This document shows, one piece after another, positions 1-11,431 of a DNA stretch of 64,000 nucleotides. A program made the translations under genes and the position numbers. The stretch spans positions 55,683-119,682 of the forward strand of contig NW_005201092.1 in assembly GCF_000372725.1 (NCBI RefSeq), read 5' to 3'. The notes under the pieces are model-generated. The model had not been told where the DNA came from and searched no databases. It worked only from the letters and a program-made list of their open reading frames with translations. Origin of the DNA: Emiliania huxleyi CCMP1516. Its lineage: Eukaryota. Within the stretch, counting starts at the first letter, position 1. Each line of letters opens with the position of its first letter.

Positions 1-50
1 CCGCGCGACTCCCTCCGCTGTCGCCATCTCCGTCGCCGTCTTCCGCATCG

Positions 51-540
51 TAGCTCTCGGCTAGCTCTCGGCTAGATCTCGGCTAGATCTCGGCTAGATC
101 TCGGCTTCCTCTCGACCGTGTTGCCGTGCACGCCGTCGCACTGCCAGACGACCGGCACGCCGCTCTCCTGCACCGCCTTGATGTGGGCGGGAAGCAGCGC
201 GGCGACCTTCTCGGCGCCGTAGCGGGTGATGAGCACCAGCCGCCCCTCCACCTTGTCCGGGGCGAGGACCGCAAGTCAGTCACTCACCCGTTTGGCCATC
301 CACTAGTCAGTGTGCCTCGTGTCGGCTCCCGAGCCAATCGTGTGCAGCGTGTGTGTGCGTGTGGGCCCGTCCTCCATGCTTGGAGGTGTGTAAGACTGAC
401 TGACTGACTGACTGACTAGTCCGCGCCGCCCCTCCACCTTGTCTGGGTTGAGGATGGCGCACAGCTCCTTCAGCTCCTGCGGCAGAGAACAGCAGCGGTG
501 AGGAGGAGGGTGTGGGTGGGTGTGTGTGCTGTCCTCGCGC
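51..540 (-). repeat. 490-bp inverted near-identical copy of DAHP synthase exon/intron segment 5737-6226
   Basis: Reverse complement matches 5737-6226; mirrored ORFs 83..283/5994..6194 and 126..407/5870..6151 are identical except one R/G change; includes intron sequence. Confidence 0.9.
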
Positions 541-589
541 CTCCCTCCGCCTCGCCCTCCCTGCCGCCGCCATCCGCATCGCCCTCCCC

Positions 590-1245
590 NNNNNNNNNNN
601 NNNNNNNNNNNNNNNNNNNNNNNNNNNNNNNNNNNNNNNNNNNNNNNNNNNNNNNNNNNNNNNNNNNNNNNNNNNNNNNNNNNNNNNNNNNNNNNNNNNN
701 NNNNNNNNNNNNNNNNNNNNNNNNNNNNNNNNNNNNNNNNNNNNNNNNNNNNNNNNNNNNNNNNNNNNNNNNNNNNNNNNNNNNNNNNNNNNNNNNNNNN
801 NNNNNNNNNNNNNNNNNNNNNNNNNNNNNNNNNNNNNNNNNNNNNNNNNNNNNNNNNNNNNNNNNNNNNNNNNNNNNNNNNNNNNNNNNNNNNNNNNNNN
901 NNNNNNNNNNNNNNNNNNNNNNNNNNNNNNNNNNNNNNNNNNNNNNNNNNNNNNNNNNNNNNNNNNNNNNNNNNNNNNNNNNNNNNNNNNNNNNNNNNNN
1001 NNNNNNNNNNNNNNNNNNNNNNNNNNNNNNNNNNNNNNNNNNNNNNNNNNNNNNNNNNNNNNNNNNNNNNNNNNNNNNNNNNNNNNNNNNNNNNNNNNNN
1101 NNNNNNNNNNNNNNNNNNNNNNNNNNNNNNNNNNNNNNNNNNNNNNNNNNNNNNNNNNNNNNNNNNNNNNNNNNNNNNNNNNNNNNNNNNNNNNNNNNNN
1201 NNNNNNNNNNNNNNNNNNNNNNNNNNNNNNNNNNNNNNNNNNNNN
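590..1245. other. Assembly gap (N run) inside Pro/Ser-coding repeat
   Basis: Run of n. Confidence 1.
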
Positions 1246-2390
1246 ACCGCCGCCGCCGTCCGCCTCGCTGTCGCCGCCGCCTCCCTCCGCCTCGCCCTCC
1301 CCGCCGCCGCCATCCGCCTCGCCCTCCCCGCCGCCGCCGTCCGCCTCGCCCTCACCGCCGCCGCCGTCCGCCTCGCCCTCACCGCCGCCGCCGTCCGCCT
1401 CGCCGTCGCCGCCGCCTCCCTCCGCCTCGCCCTCCCTGCCGCCGCCATCCGCATCGCCCTCCCCGCCGCCGCCGTCCGCCTCGCCCTCCCCGCCGCCGCC
1501 ATCCGCATCGCCCTCCCCGCCGCCGCCGTCCGCCTCGCCCTCACCGCCGCCGCCGTCCGCCTCGCCGTCGCCGCCGCCTCCCTCCGCATCGCCCTCCCCG
1601 CCGCCTCCGTCCCCCTCGCCGTCTCCGCCGCCCCCCTCCGCCTCGCCGCCGCCGCCCAGTCCACCACCGCCGCCCTCACCGCCGCCGCCGCCCTCACCGC
1701 CGTCAACCTCACCGCCGCCTGACGTGGATCCCGTGCTACCTGATCCGCCGTGCTTCCCCAGCTCGGCCACCGCCGCCCTTCGCGATGGGCGCACCGTCCG
1801 CCTCGACGAGTTGCGCGAGGGCGACGCCATCCTCGTCGGTTGGGCGGACGGCACGCTCGGCTTCGACGTCGTCACGCCGTGGTCGCTCGCCGACCACAGC
1901 GCGGAGGGCGCCCTCTTCCTCGCTCTCGCCACCTCAGCCAACACGACGCTGCGGCTCACGCCGACGCACCACCTCCCCGTCGGAGAGACGTGCTGCAAGC
2001 AGCTCAAGCAGGCGAAGGACGTGCGCGTCGGCGAGCTCGTTTGGGCCGTGGGGCGTGGCGCGGCGGAGCCCGAGCCGCACGCCGTTCTCTCCGTGCGCGC
2101 GACGAGCGGCCGCGGCTTGCACAGCCCGCTCATGCAGCGCGGCGGCTTCCCCGTCGTCGACGGCGTCGTCACGTCGTTCAACTCGCTGCCGCTAGTCAAG
2201 CTCAACGCGATCGCGCAGCCGTACCTCCTCGCGTCGCTCTGCGCCGCCTCCGCCTCCGCATGCACCGCTGCCCGCCGCGTCGTGGCTGCGGTGGAGTGTG
2301 TGGCCAAGCACGCGTGGCACGCGCTCGGCTCCTTTGCGCTAGCGCGCGAGCCGCTGTGCAAGACGCTCCACTACATTGACGGGCCGGTGG
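1246..2390 (+). CDS. Pro/Ser-rich (SPPPPSASP repeat) protein with C-terminal Hedgehog-type Hint (Hog) domain; 5' end outside window or in gap, 3' end uncertain
   Basis: CFPSSA at 1751 (catalytic Cys1), LRLTPTHHL (block B TxxH), GLHSPL..GG.PVVDGVVTSF (Hh-Hint C-terminal motif), preceded by 27-bp Pro/Ser repeat units. Confidence 0.85.
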
Positions 2391-2417
2391 TCCATGCGGG
2401 CAGCCTGCTGGTCTCGA

Positions 2418-2562
2418 CGGGCTCAGACGAGACTTGTCGACCCGTTCCGGCTCAGCTTCACCGTGGTCCTCGGGCGTCTGTCGACGTCAGGACCACCCAT
2501 ACAGCTCGCGGGTTTGAGGTCGCAAGAGCCAAGATGGTGGCGTTTGGACATCCCAACCATCA
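2418..2562. repeat. Dispersed ~145-bp repeat, inverted homolog of 39464-39609 (inside the putative Copia LTR)
   Basis: gggctcagacgagacttgtcgac...gtttggacatcccaaccatca present in both places; here flanked by the 21-bp direct repeat catgcgggcagcctgctggtc (2393-2413, 2561-2581). Confidence 0.8.
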
Positions 2563-4087
2563 TGCGGGCAGCCTGCTGGTCGATTCCAAAAGTCACGTGC
2601 GGAGGAGTAGCCCGCGATGGTCCAGATCGCCGCCTGAGGGCTCAGGTCAATGCCTCCCCCTCGCGGGTGTGTGTGGGGCAGGAGTCAGGCAGTCTACCCC
2701 CCGCATACTGCTCCACACGCCCAAAGACACAGGCAGGGAGCCCGCCCCCCGCAAGTGCGAGCCCGGTGGGGCAAGAGTGCGCGGGCGCGTGGTCTCCGTT
2801 TACCGAGTGGGGTGTGTGTGTCTTGTGTGTCTTGTGTGTCTTGTGGGTGTGGGGTGTGTGGGGTGGGGGGGGGGGGGGGGGGCCCCCCCACCAACAAGAC
2901 AAGTTGCCCCAGCGAGCCCCTTTTTTTGAGAAAAAGCACCCCCCCAACCTCCCCCGAGTTTACCTGCCGCGGTTATTGTTGAGGACGCGCGACTGCCAAA
3001 ACAAGTTGGGTCAAGCCCCTCGAATTGGGAAACATGAAAAACGCCCCGGGGCCCCCATCGTCCCTGTGGCTGCTGGGAGCCTCAAAAGGGACCCACAGCT
3101 CTGGAGGGGAGAGTCTTGAGAGTTAGTACACCGAAAAAAAAGAAAGTCACCACCCACAGCATAAGTACCCTCTACCCATAAGTTTGCCTAAGCCAGGTGT
3201 AGAGTATTTCTTTTTGCTTGGGCGGACCTCATGACGGGGTAGGTAGGGTAGCAGGGTCTGGGCCCTCCCACCACCGTCGGGGTTTCCCCTCTCTCTTCAC
3301 GCCGGAATTTTCACAGCAGAAAAAGAAATTTTCCACCGAAATCACGATGTCAACCCTCCCCAAGTGAGGTGATCTGGTGCTTGTAGGGCTTGAGAGTGGC
3401 CTGCCATGTCACAGGAAGGACTATGGTTGCAGGAGAGTACCACCAGCCATCACTTAGTTGGTATAGTACCCCACCTTCACCCCCGTCATGATTTCTTTTT
3501 TAATTTTTTAGCCGGCCACATTGAGCGGTTCGTCCGCGTCGCGCACTCGTCCCAACCGGGGGGCGCAGACTCGTTCTGCGCGCCAACGGCTGGTGACGCT
3601 GTGTTGCCCTTGAGCTAGTCCTTCCCCGGTCGCCAGCCTCTGCGCTGTCTGGCGAACGCCTGTATGCCATGCGCGCGGACCACGCTTCCACGCAAACCCG
3701 AGACGGTGACGGGATGCTGTCGTGCGTGTGGTGATCTCAGGCCCAGTGAGGTAGTGCGCCTGACTATCCCGGATCCTGCTGTGTGCTGACCAAGCAAGCT
3801 CCTCTTGTAGCTCGATCGCTCACACCGCCATCGCCGTCGGGGAGAGGGGGGACGACACTGCTCCTGCAGCGTGCACCTCGATCCTGTATGTACCGTGTTT
3901 GTTATGACCCCCCCCAATGAACACACCAGTGAGGGAGGGCGAGACGATCGAGGGGTCCCGTACCGCGGAATCGACCCTACCAGCGAATACGGGTGGAATA
4001 CAGGCCTCTGGGAGGTCATTTGGAATACGTGGAAAACGTATTCACAGAGTAGGCCCACCACACTGTTTCGACCTCGTTCAGTCTCCG

Positions 4088-7000
4088 ATGGCGCCGATGG
4101 AGGTTGAGACGGTGGCGACAGTCGGTGCGCGCAAGTGGTCGCCCGGCTCGTGGCGCAGCTGCGAGACGCTGCAGATGGCCACGTACGAGGACAGCCAGGA
4201 CTCGTACGCGGCGACGATGGACAAGCTCTCCAAGGTTCCGCCGCTCGTGCAGCCCGGCGAGGTGGATGCGCTGCGGGAGCAGCTCGCGGCGGCCGCTCGC
4301 GGCGAGAAGTTCATCGTGCAGGGCGGCGACTGCGCCGAGCGTTTCATGGACTGCACCGCCGACTACCTCGAGGCCCAGCTCAAGCTGATCGTGCAGATGG
4401 GCGCGCTGATGGAGAGCGCGACCGGCATGCCGACGGTGAGGGTGGCGCGGATGGCGGGGCAGTACGGGAAGCCGCGCTCGTCGCCGGTGGAGAAGCACGC
4501 CTCCTTCGGCGAGATCAAGTCGTACAAGGGCGAGAACATCAACGGCTACGCGCCGACCGACCGCGCCTGGGACCCGGACCGGCTGCTGCAGGGGCGAGAT
4601 ATAGCCGAGATAGCCGAGAGATTTAGCCGAGCTGTGGGCGCCACTCTCCAGCTCTGGCAGATCGGAGGCGAGACACCGCCGAGAGATGAGATCTAGCCGA
4701 CATACGACCGCTGCCCGAGAAGAAGCACCTCGTGTGAGTGTGGACAGCGCCTGTGCACCCCTCAAGATCAATTCCGAATCAAATCGAGGTCGACGCCCCC
4801 TTAGCTGCCCGTCCGCCGAGTTGACAACCGCACCCCGTGGGCAGGTACTGGCACTCGTGCGCCACGCTCAACACGATGCGCGGGCTGCAGATGGCGGACG
4901 ATTTCGGCGCTTCGACGGTGGACAACCCCGGCCAGGGACTGCCTCGGTGGATCCCAGTCTCCGAATCAACCAATGCACTCAACAGGTGGGCGACCTCGAC
5001 GTCGACTTCCTCAAGCCGTCGCCGCACTACGCCGCGTGGAGCAAGGCGGCGGACAAGGCGAAGGCGGCCGCGGCGGCCACCAAGCCTGGCGTCTTCACAG
5101 CGCACGAGGCGAGGGAGATCTGGGGAGATCTGGGGAGATCTGGGGAGATCTCACTCGGTCATGTGGCGGGAGGTATGGGGAGATCTGGGGAGATATGGGG
5201 AGATCTCGCTCGGTCATGTGGCGGGAGATCTGGGGAGATCTGGGGAGATATGGGGAGATCTGCAGCTCGACGACTTTGGGAGGCGGTGCGCGTGTGAGCG
5301 GCGTCTGTTCACACAGTGCTGGCTGTGAACAGGCTATGCAGCTCGACCTCGAGGAGGCGCTGACGCGGCCGGTCGCAGGCGAGGGGCAGCAGATGCCACA
5401 GCCAAGGGGGAGACGTGGGGAGACTGGGGGAGATTTGGGGAGATTTGGGGTCCGGCACTCACAACGCGGCTGCCGGCTCACAGCGCCGCCCTGCCGCCCA
5501 CAGGCAAGGGGCACTACAACCTGTCGGCGCACATGGTCTGGATCGGCGACCGCACGCGCCAGCTGCTCGGCGGGCGCGCGGAGTACTTTCGCGGCATCCG
5601 CAACCCGATCGTCAGGCAAGTCGATGAGCTGTGTTTTGAGCGCGGGGTAGGCACGTCGAGTACTTTCGCGGCATCCGCAACCCGATCGGCGTCAAGGTTG
5701 GGCCGTCGATGCAGCCGCAGGAGGGGACGGAGCTGTGCGCGAGGACAGCACACACACCCACCCACACCCTCCTCCTCACCGCTGCTGTTCTCTGCCGCAG
5801 GAGCTGAAGGAGCTGTGCGCCATCCTCAACCCAGACAAGGTGGAGGGGCGGCGCGGACTAGTCAGTCAGTCAGTCAGTCAGTCTTACACACCTCCAAGCA
5901 TGGAGGACGGGCCCACACGCACACACACGCTGCACACGATTGGCTCGGGAGCCGACACGAGGCACACTGACTAGTGGATGGCCAAACGGGTGAGTGACTG
6001 ACTTGCGGTCCTCGCCCCGGACAAGGTGGAGGGGCGGCTGGTGCTCATCACCCGCTACGGCGCCGAGAAGGTCGCCGCGCTGCTTCCCGCCCACATCAAG
6101 GCGGTGCAGGAGAGCGGCGTGCCGGTCGTCTGGCAGTGCGACGGCGTGCACGGCAACACGGTCGAGACGAAGCCGAGATCTAGCCGAGATCTAGCCGAGA
6201 TCTAGCCGAGAGCTAGCCGAGAGCTAGCCGAGAGATAGCCGAGAGATAGCCGAGAGCTAGCCGAGAGCTGCCGAGATCTAGCCGAGATCTAGCCGAGAGA
6301 CGTGCACGGCAACACGGTGTCCTCCGACACATCTTCCTACGACACCTCCTTCCTCCTAGACATCTTCCTACGACACCTCCTTCCTCCTAGACATCTTCCT
6401 ACGACACTACCTGGACACTTCCTAGACGCCACGACCACAGCGTCGTGCGAGCTCAAGAGCGCGCAACAGCTCAATGAGTCATCACCTCATCACGCGCGGT
6501 GGGCTGCAGGTCACAGCGTCGTGCAAGCTCAAGACGCGCAAGTTCGACGACGTGATGGCCGAGGTGTCGCGCGCGCTACAGGTGCGAGATCACCCGAGAT
6601 CCGCCGAGATCACCCGAGAGTCGCCGAGATCCGCCGGGAGTCGCCGAGATCCGCCGAGATCCGCCGAGATCCGCCGAGAGTCGCCGCGAGTCGCCGAGAT
6701 TCGACGCTGTGGTATGGCCGAGGTGTGCCAGCACGGGGGCGCCGCGCCGCGAGAGCGGCTCCACTCTCGTCTAATCTCGTCCAATCTCGTCCAATCTCGG
6801 CGAATCTCCTCAGGTGCACCGCGAGAGCGGCTCGACGCTCGCGGGAGTCCATCTGGAGATGACGGGCCAAGCCGCGGTGACCGAATGCACGGGCGGCGTC
6901 GTCAACATCGAGGAGCTTCGCCCCCCCGCCGCCGCTCCTGCCGCCACCATCCCTGCCTCCCGACTCGCGCCTCCCGTGTGCTCCTCCGCTTGACGCGTGT

Positions 7001-7300
7001 GTCTCGCGCCTTGGGGGGAGGGGGGAGGGGGAGAGGAGGAGCCTCTTCCCAAGAGCGCCACTCTTGGAGCGCCGCCGCCACCACCCAGAGCGCTGCGAGC
7101 AGCGCCGGGCGATGACGGCTTACCCCCCCCCCCCCCCCCTGGGGGGCACACCCCGGCCGCCTTGACTTTGCCCCACCGCGTGGTGCTCTCAGGAGGACAT
7201 GCTCACCCGGCAGTACGACACGTACTGCGACCCGCGCCTCAACTACGCGCAGTCCATCGAGGCGTCGCTCGTCATCGCGAACGCCCTCGGTGCGCGCTGA
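4088..7300 (+). CDS. Class II DAHP synthase (3-deoxy-7-phosphoheptulonate synthase), about 10 exons
   Basis: QGGDCAE, RMAGQYGKPRS, TAHEA, WIGDRTRQ, GHVEYFRGIRNPIGVKVGP, CDGVHGNT, GVHLEMTG..VTEC.GG, YDTYCDPRLN; TGA at 7298-7300. Confidence 0.95.
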
Positions 7301-7617
7301 GCGGTGCGCGCTGCAGCGCGCCGCAGCCGAGAGCCTGCAGCTGTGTCCGCAGCGAGCTTGCGCGGAGAGGGTGCAAGGCTGTTCGGCAGTACCCCATCCA
7401 TGATTTACTGACGCGGCGGGATCGAGACATCTCAGCGTAGGCCGTGCATCGGTAACCTTACGGCTTTGCCGGACGTCTTTTTTTTGTGTTTGAACTATAT
7501 CGATATAAAATGCCTCAGTAGGGTGCCAGCTAGCCGAACCGCATTTCCAAGGGCAAGGCGTTTACGGCATAGAGTACGGGGTGTGGAGCTGGAGGGTGAG
7601 TTGGGTAGTTGCAGCTT

Positions 7618-7815
7618 GCACGAGTATATGGGACAAAAGCGTCGAAAATGTCTCAGATTGGGGTGCCCGCCATGTTTGGCAGCTCCAGCGCGGCCCTCAT
7701 CAGCGGGACGCCGCCGGTCGGGCGATACACGCACTCCCTGGGCCCCACTGAGTGCGCCGAACCCGCTAGACCGAGTGCCTCATGCCCGAGGGCGCCGGCG
7801 GAACTGCCACAAAGT
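7618..7815 (-). mobile_element. Diverged relative of the right end of the 39183-39928 LTR/TIR element
   Basis: cgagtatatgggacaaaagcgtcgaaaatgtc is identical to the reverse complement of about 39890-39921; similarity continues (gcactccctgg...agaccga...acaaagtc). Confidence 0.65.
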
Positions 7816-8669
7816 CAAGGAAAAAGAGGGGCTCGGCCGCGCTTCGGCGGCATCCCAGGAGTGGCCAAAAGAAGAGAGGACAGGGCTGGGACACTGGCCA
7901 GAAGGCCAAACGGGCGCGATACGTGGAAGCGGTGCGTGCTACTACTCGCTCGAGGGCTCCGGCGGCCGCGATCGAGCCGTCGCACGTCGAGGAGCCGCCC
8001 GCCGCGCCCGTCGAGCGTGCCGACGAGCGGCCGCCGGCCGTGGGCCAAAAGCAGGCCGCGCGGCGCAAGCGCGACCGCAGGCATGCCGAGGCAGCCGGCG
8101 GACATGGCGCCGAGCCTCCAAGCGTGCGGGGGCGGCGCGGGCGAAGAAGCGGAAGCTGGCGGAGCTGGCCGCTGATCTCCCTCAAGACCTCGGTGCGACG
8201 GCGGAGGGGCGGCACGCGGCCTTTGCGACGACGCGCTCGGGCGGGCTCGAATGAGCGCGGAGGCGGCGCGGAAGGCGGCGTCGCACGCGCAGCTGCAGGC
8301 CTCCAAGTACTTGAAGGTGATGGTGCGGTGCGGCCACCTCAAGGAGGCGGCGGCTGTGATGGGCGGCCAAGCCCGCGACCCAGAGCTGCGCCTGCTCAAC
8401 CCGGCCGCCGGCCTGATCCTCTCCGAGGACGCCTCCGCCGAGCGTCAGATGATGGCAAACGTCGGCGAGATGCTGAACCGCGACGGTGGCGGCCGCGGCA
8501 ACCGCTCGGAGGACGCCGCCCGCTTCGCCAGCGCCGTTGCCGTCGCCGTGACCGACGCGGCCTCTCCCGCTAAGGTTGGCAGGCAGAGAGCGCCGGCTTC
8601 GCGCGCCCGGCCGCTCGCGGCCATGTCAAGTAACGCAAAGTTGCAACTTTCCCGCCGTCAAAACGTCCA

Positions 8670-9536
8670 ATGCTGCCGACGGTGCCGTCAAAACGTCCAA
8701 TGCTGCCGACGGTGCCGGCGTCAGGCACACGCGCCGCGCTGCTGCTGGGCTGCACGTCGCTGCTTTGCCTGCTCGCGCTGCTCGCACACGAGAAGCCTGC
8801 TGAATCAGCTGCTGACGTCTGCGCCAATGTTCCGCGCGTGCCAGCTGCGCCACTGAAGCACCTCTCACAGCAGGAGGCTGCCGATGTGGACGCAGCGCTC
8901 ATGCCGACTCCTGGCCTGAGCGTCGAGAGCCTCATGGAGCTCAGTGGCCTCGCGGTCGCGCACGCAGTACTCGCTATCTACCCACCGAATGCATACCCAA
9001 ACGTGCTCGCGGTCCTCGGTCCTGGCGGTAACGGCGGAGATGGCATGGTAACCGCTCGGCACCTTGCCAGCCTCGGATATTCGGTCAGCGCCTACTACCC
9101 GAAGCGAAACGGCGGCGCGCTCTACGTGGGCCTCGCCGCATCGCTCGAGCAGATGGGTGTCCGCTTCGTCGACGCGCTCCCGCCGCCCTCGCGCACCACC
9201 GTCGTCGTCGACGCGGTGTTCGGCTTCAGCTTCCGGCCGCCGCTGCGAGCGCCGTTTGGCGAGGTGCTCTCGAGCATGAGCGCCTTCCCGCACATTGTCG
9301 CCGTCGACGTGCCGTCGGGCTGGGACGTGGACGCGGGCCCGCCAAAGACTGGAGGCGGAGCTGAACTGCGGCCGTCGGTCCTCGTCTCGCTCACTGCGCC
9401 CAAGCGCTGTGCGTCGGCCTTTGACGGCACGGCGCACTTTCTGGGTAAGGTGCTCATGCCGCCGGAGGTGGGCGAGGCGCACGGGCTGCTGCCACAAACG
9501 GCCTGGGGAAGTAGCCAGGTCGTGCGGTTGGTTTAG
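8670..9536 (+). CDS. NAXE: NAD(P)H-hydrate epimerase (YjeF_N family) with hydrophobic N-terminal targeting sequence; intronless
   Basis: LMELSGLAVA, GPGGNGGDG, VDAVFGFSF, AVDVPSGWDV, LVSLTAPK; a 30-bp tandem duplication gives ATGs at 8670 and 8700. Confidence 0.92.
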   Translation: MLPTVPSKRPMLPTVPASGTRAALLLGCTSLLCLLALLAHEKPAESAADVCANVPRVPAAPLKHLSQQEAADVDAALMPTPGLSVESLMELSGLAVAHAVLAIYPPNAYPNVLAVLGPGGNGGDGMVTARHLASLGYSVSAYYPKRNGGALYVGLAASLEQMGVRFVDALPPPSRTTVVVDAVFGFSFRPPLRAPFGEVLSSMSAFPHIVAVDVPSGWDVDAGPPKTGGGAELRPSVLVSLTAPKRCASAFDGTAHFLGKVLMPPEVGEAHGLLPQTAWGSSQVVRLV

Positions 9537-9849
9537 GTTCGGGCGGGCCAAAGATGCTTCACACCGTATAGATTCACGACGTGCCTCGGGTCCGGCGGTT
9601 GCAAAACTCTGACGTGTCTTCGCTCTCAAATCACGCTGCGGGGTTTCTTATATAGTCGTGGGTGCTCGGGGCGAGGCCCCGAGCCGAGCGCCCTCCCCCC
9701 TTGACCATCAACCCGTGCGTGCAACGCACTCCCGTGCACCTCCCGACGAGCCCGCCGTCGCGTATTGAGAGTGAGAGCTGATCTCATTCCACGCCCGGAG
9801 TGGGATCTGAGGGTAGTGAATCGTCGTCTAAAGGAAACTTCACGCTCGG

Positions 9850-10890
9850 TAGGGTGCCCACAGGACCCAAAAGAAAATAGCTTTTCGACTCAAAAAGGGA
9901 CGCACGAGGCAAATCTGATGTTGGCCAGTTCCAATAGGAGCGAGGCCTCTTCCGTTGGGGGACCGAGTACATAGGAAAAGAGGGTTCCCCGGTTTGTCAC
10001 GCGCGAGCACGAGCGTGACACTGCACTTGGCGCCGAGCGCCCGCGGCACAGACCTTGTGCAGGCCACCCCTCGGTGAGTGCACCGGTCCGGACCGATGGC
10101 GCTCGGTGTGGAGCAAGCAAGACCCCCCCCCCCCCCCATCGGCGCGCGCTCGCCATTCCAACGGGCGCCAGGAGCACCAAGAGGACTCCTCATGGCTGCA
10201 CTCAAGTGGGCTTCGACCGGCCTCGGCTGGGGGGGCGGGTTGTTCCGGCTGCGGACGCCTTCTGCAGCCCCCTGGGCCCGTGACAGCACCCAAAAACTGC
10301 CCCTCGGCGGCATACAGCACTGCCAGCCAGCCTCTTCCTCCTCCTCAAGGGCTGTACTATAGGCCATATTGCGCCGCCTCCTACTAGCAGCCGGGCGGGC
10401 GCGCGCCGCGGGCGCCTCGGCGCGCGCACGGCTCGCAAAGTCCAACGAGTACTGCCGCCCGGCCGCCTCAAGGCTGCCGGGCGGCAGTACTCGCCTCGCA
10501 AGGCGCGCACCGGCTGCTCTGGCTGCTGCGCCGGCGGCCGCTGCGCTGGCCGCTGCTGCGCCGGCTGGCGGGCGGCACGGCCGCCGGCGGCCGCTGCACC
10601 CGCGCCTTCCCTCGCGGGCGCCGTCGCGCCGCGCGCGCCCAACCCTGCTGGTACACGGCACGCGCGCGTCACACAGCCGCGGAGAATAGGCGGTGCAGCG
10701 CGCGAAGCGCGCGCGATCTCGTACTTTTAAGGCTGGATCCGGCCATTCCAAGGGTATACCTTTGAGAATCCCCAGCGTCCCACCCTCCTAGTCACACTCT
10801 CAATTTCTCGACTGGCCAACACGAAGTGCTGCGATCGGGGGTGCCCCATTTCTTTTTTCCTTTCTTTTTTTGGGCCCTGTGGGCACCCTA
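9850..10890. mobile_element. Non-autonomous TIR DNA transposon (hAT/P-like MITE, 1041 bp)
   Basis: TIR tagggtgcccacagg(a/g)cccaaaa at both ends (one mismatch); direct repeat cgctcgg at 9843-9849 and 10891-10897; no transposase recognised. Confidence 0.85.
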
Positions 10891-11431
10891 CGCTCGGGGC
10901 GCCCTCTATATTCCTCGACTCTACTCCTAGATCACTTCATGCCGGCCATAAAACGGTGTAACTCTCAGATAAAAAAGTGTAACTCATTGGAGCGCGCGCG
11001 ACAGCTGCATCAGCGGCCCCTGATGCCTAGGAGCCGCTTTGAGACTGTTGCCGCGGCGGAGGTCGCCGTTGAGAGCGCGGCCGTTTTTGTTTGAAATGGA
11101 GCTTCCCGTCGCGGTCGCCCCACGCTTTGCTGAGCTCGGCCTCGGCGGTCTCGTCGAGCTCGTTGCTCCAGAGGCTGCGGAGCACGGTGCACGTGCAGCC
11201 GCGGTCAGCGAGGACGAGGATGCGAATGGAGCGCGCGTAGCACCCCACCGCGCACGGCCCAGCCGTCCCCGACATGAGCACGTGCGCAGCGCCCATGCAG
11301 CGGACGGGCAACAGGCATCTCGACTCGTTCCTCTACTTATACATGATTTTAATTAATGGCGCGAAACCGCATTCCGTTTAGCGTTTTCTCTTCTCCCTTA
11401 TGTGAGTTGTGTGCATCGCCGACCTGTCATC

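Noticed and set aside
1751..2185. Self-splicing intein
   Set aside because: No His-Asn terminus and no host protein split around it; motifs are Hedgehog-Hint type
307..2361. Long Gly/Glu-rich minus-strand ORFs
   Set aside because: Antisense shadows of the Pro/Ser repeat and Hint gene, extended through N runs
4870..5110. Unregulated type IIB DAHP synthase
   Set aside because: The regulatory insert region looks shortened but not absent; cannot be called without an alignment
7782..8573. Transposase or protein-coding gene
   Set aside because: Overlapping GC-rich ORFs with no recognisable motif; probably element debris
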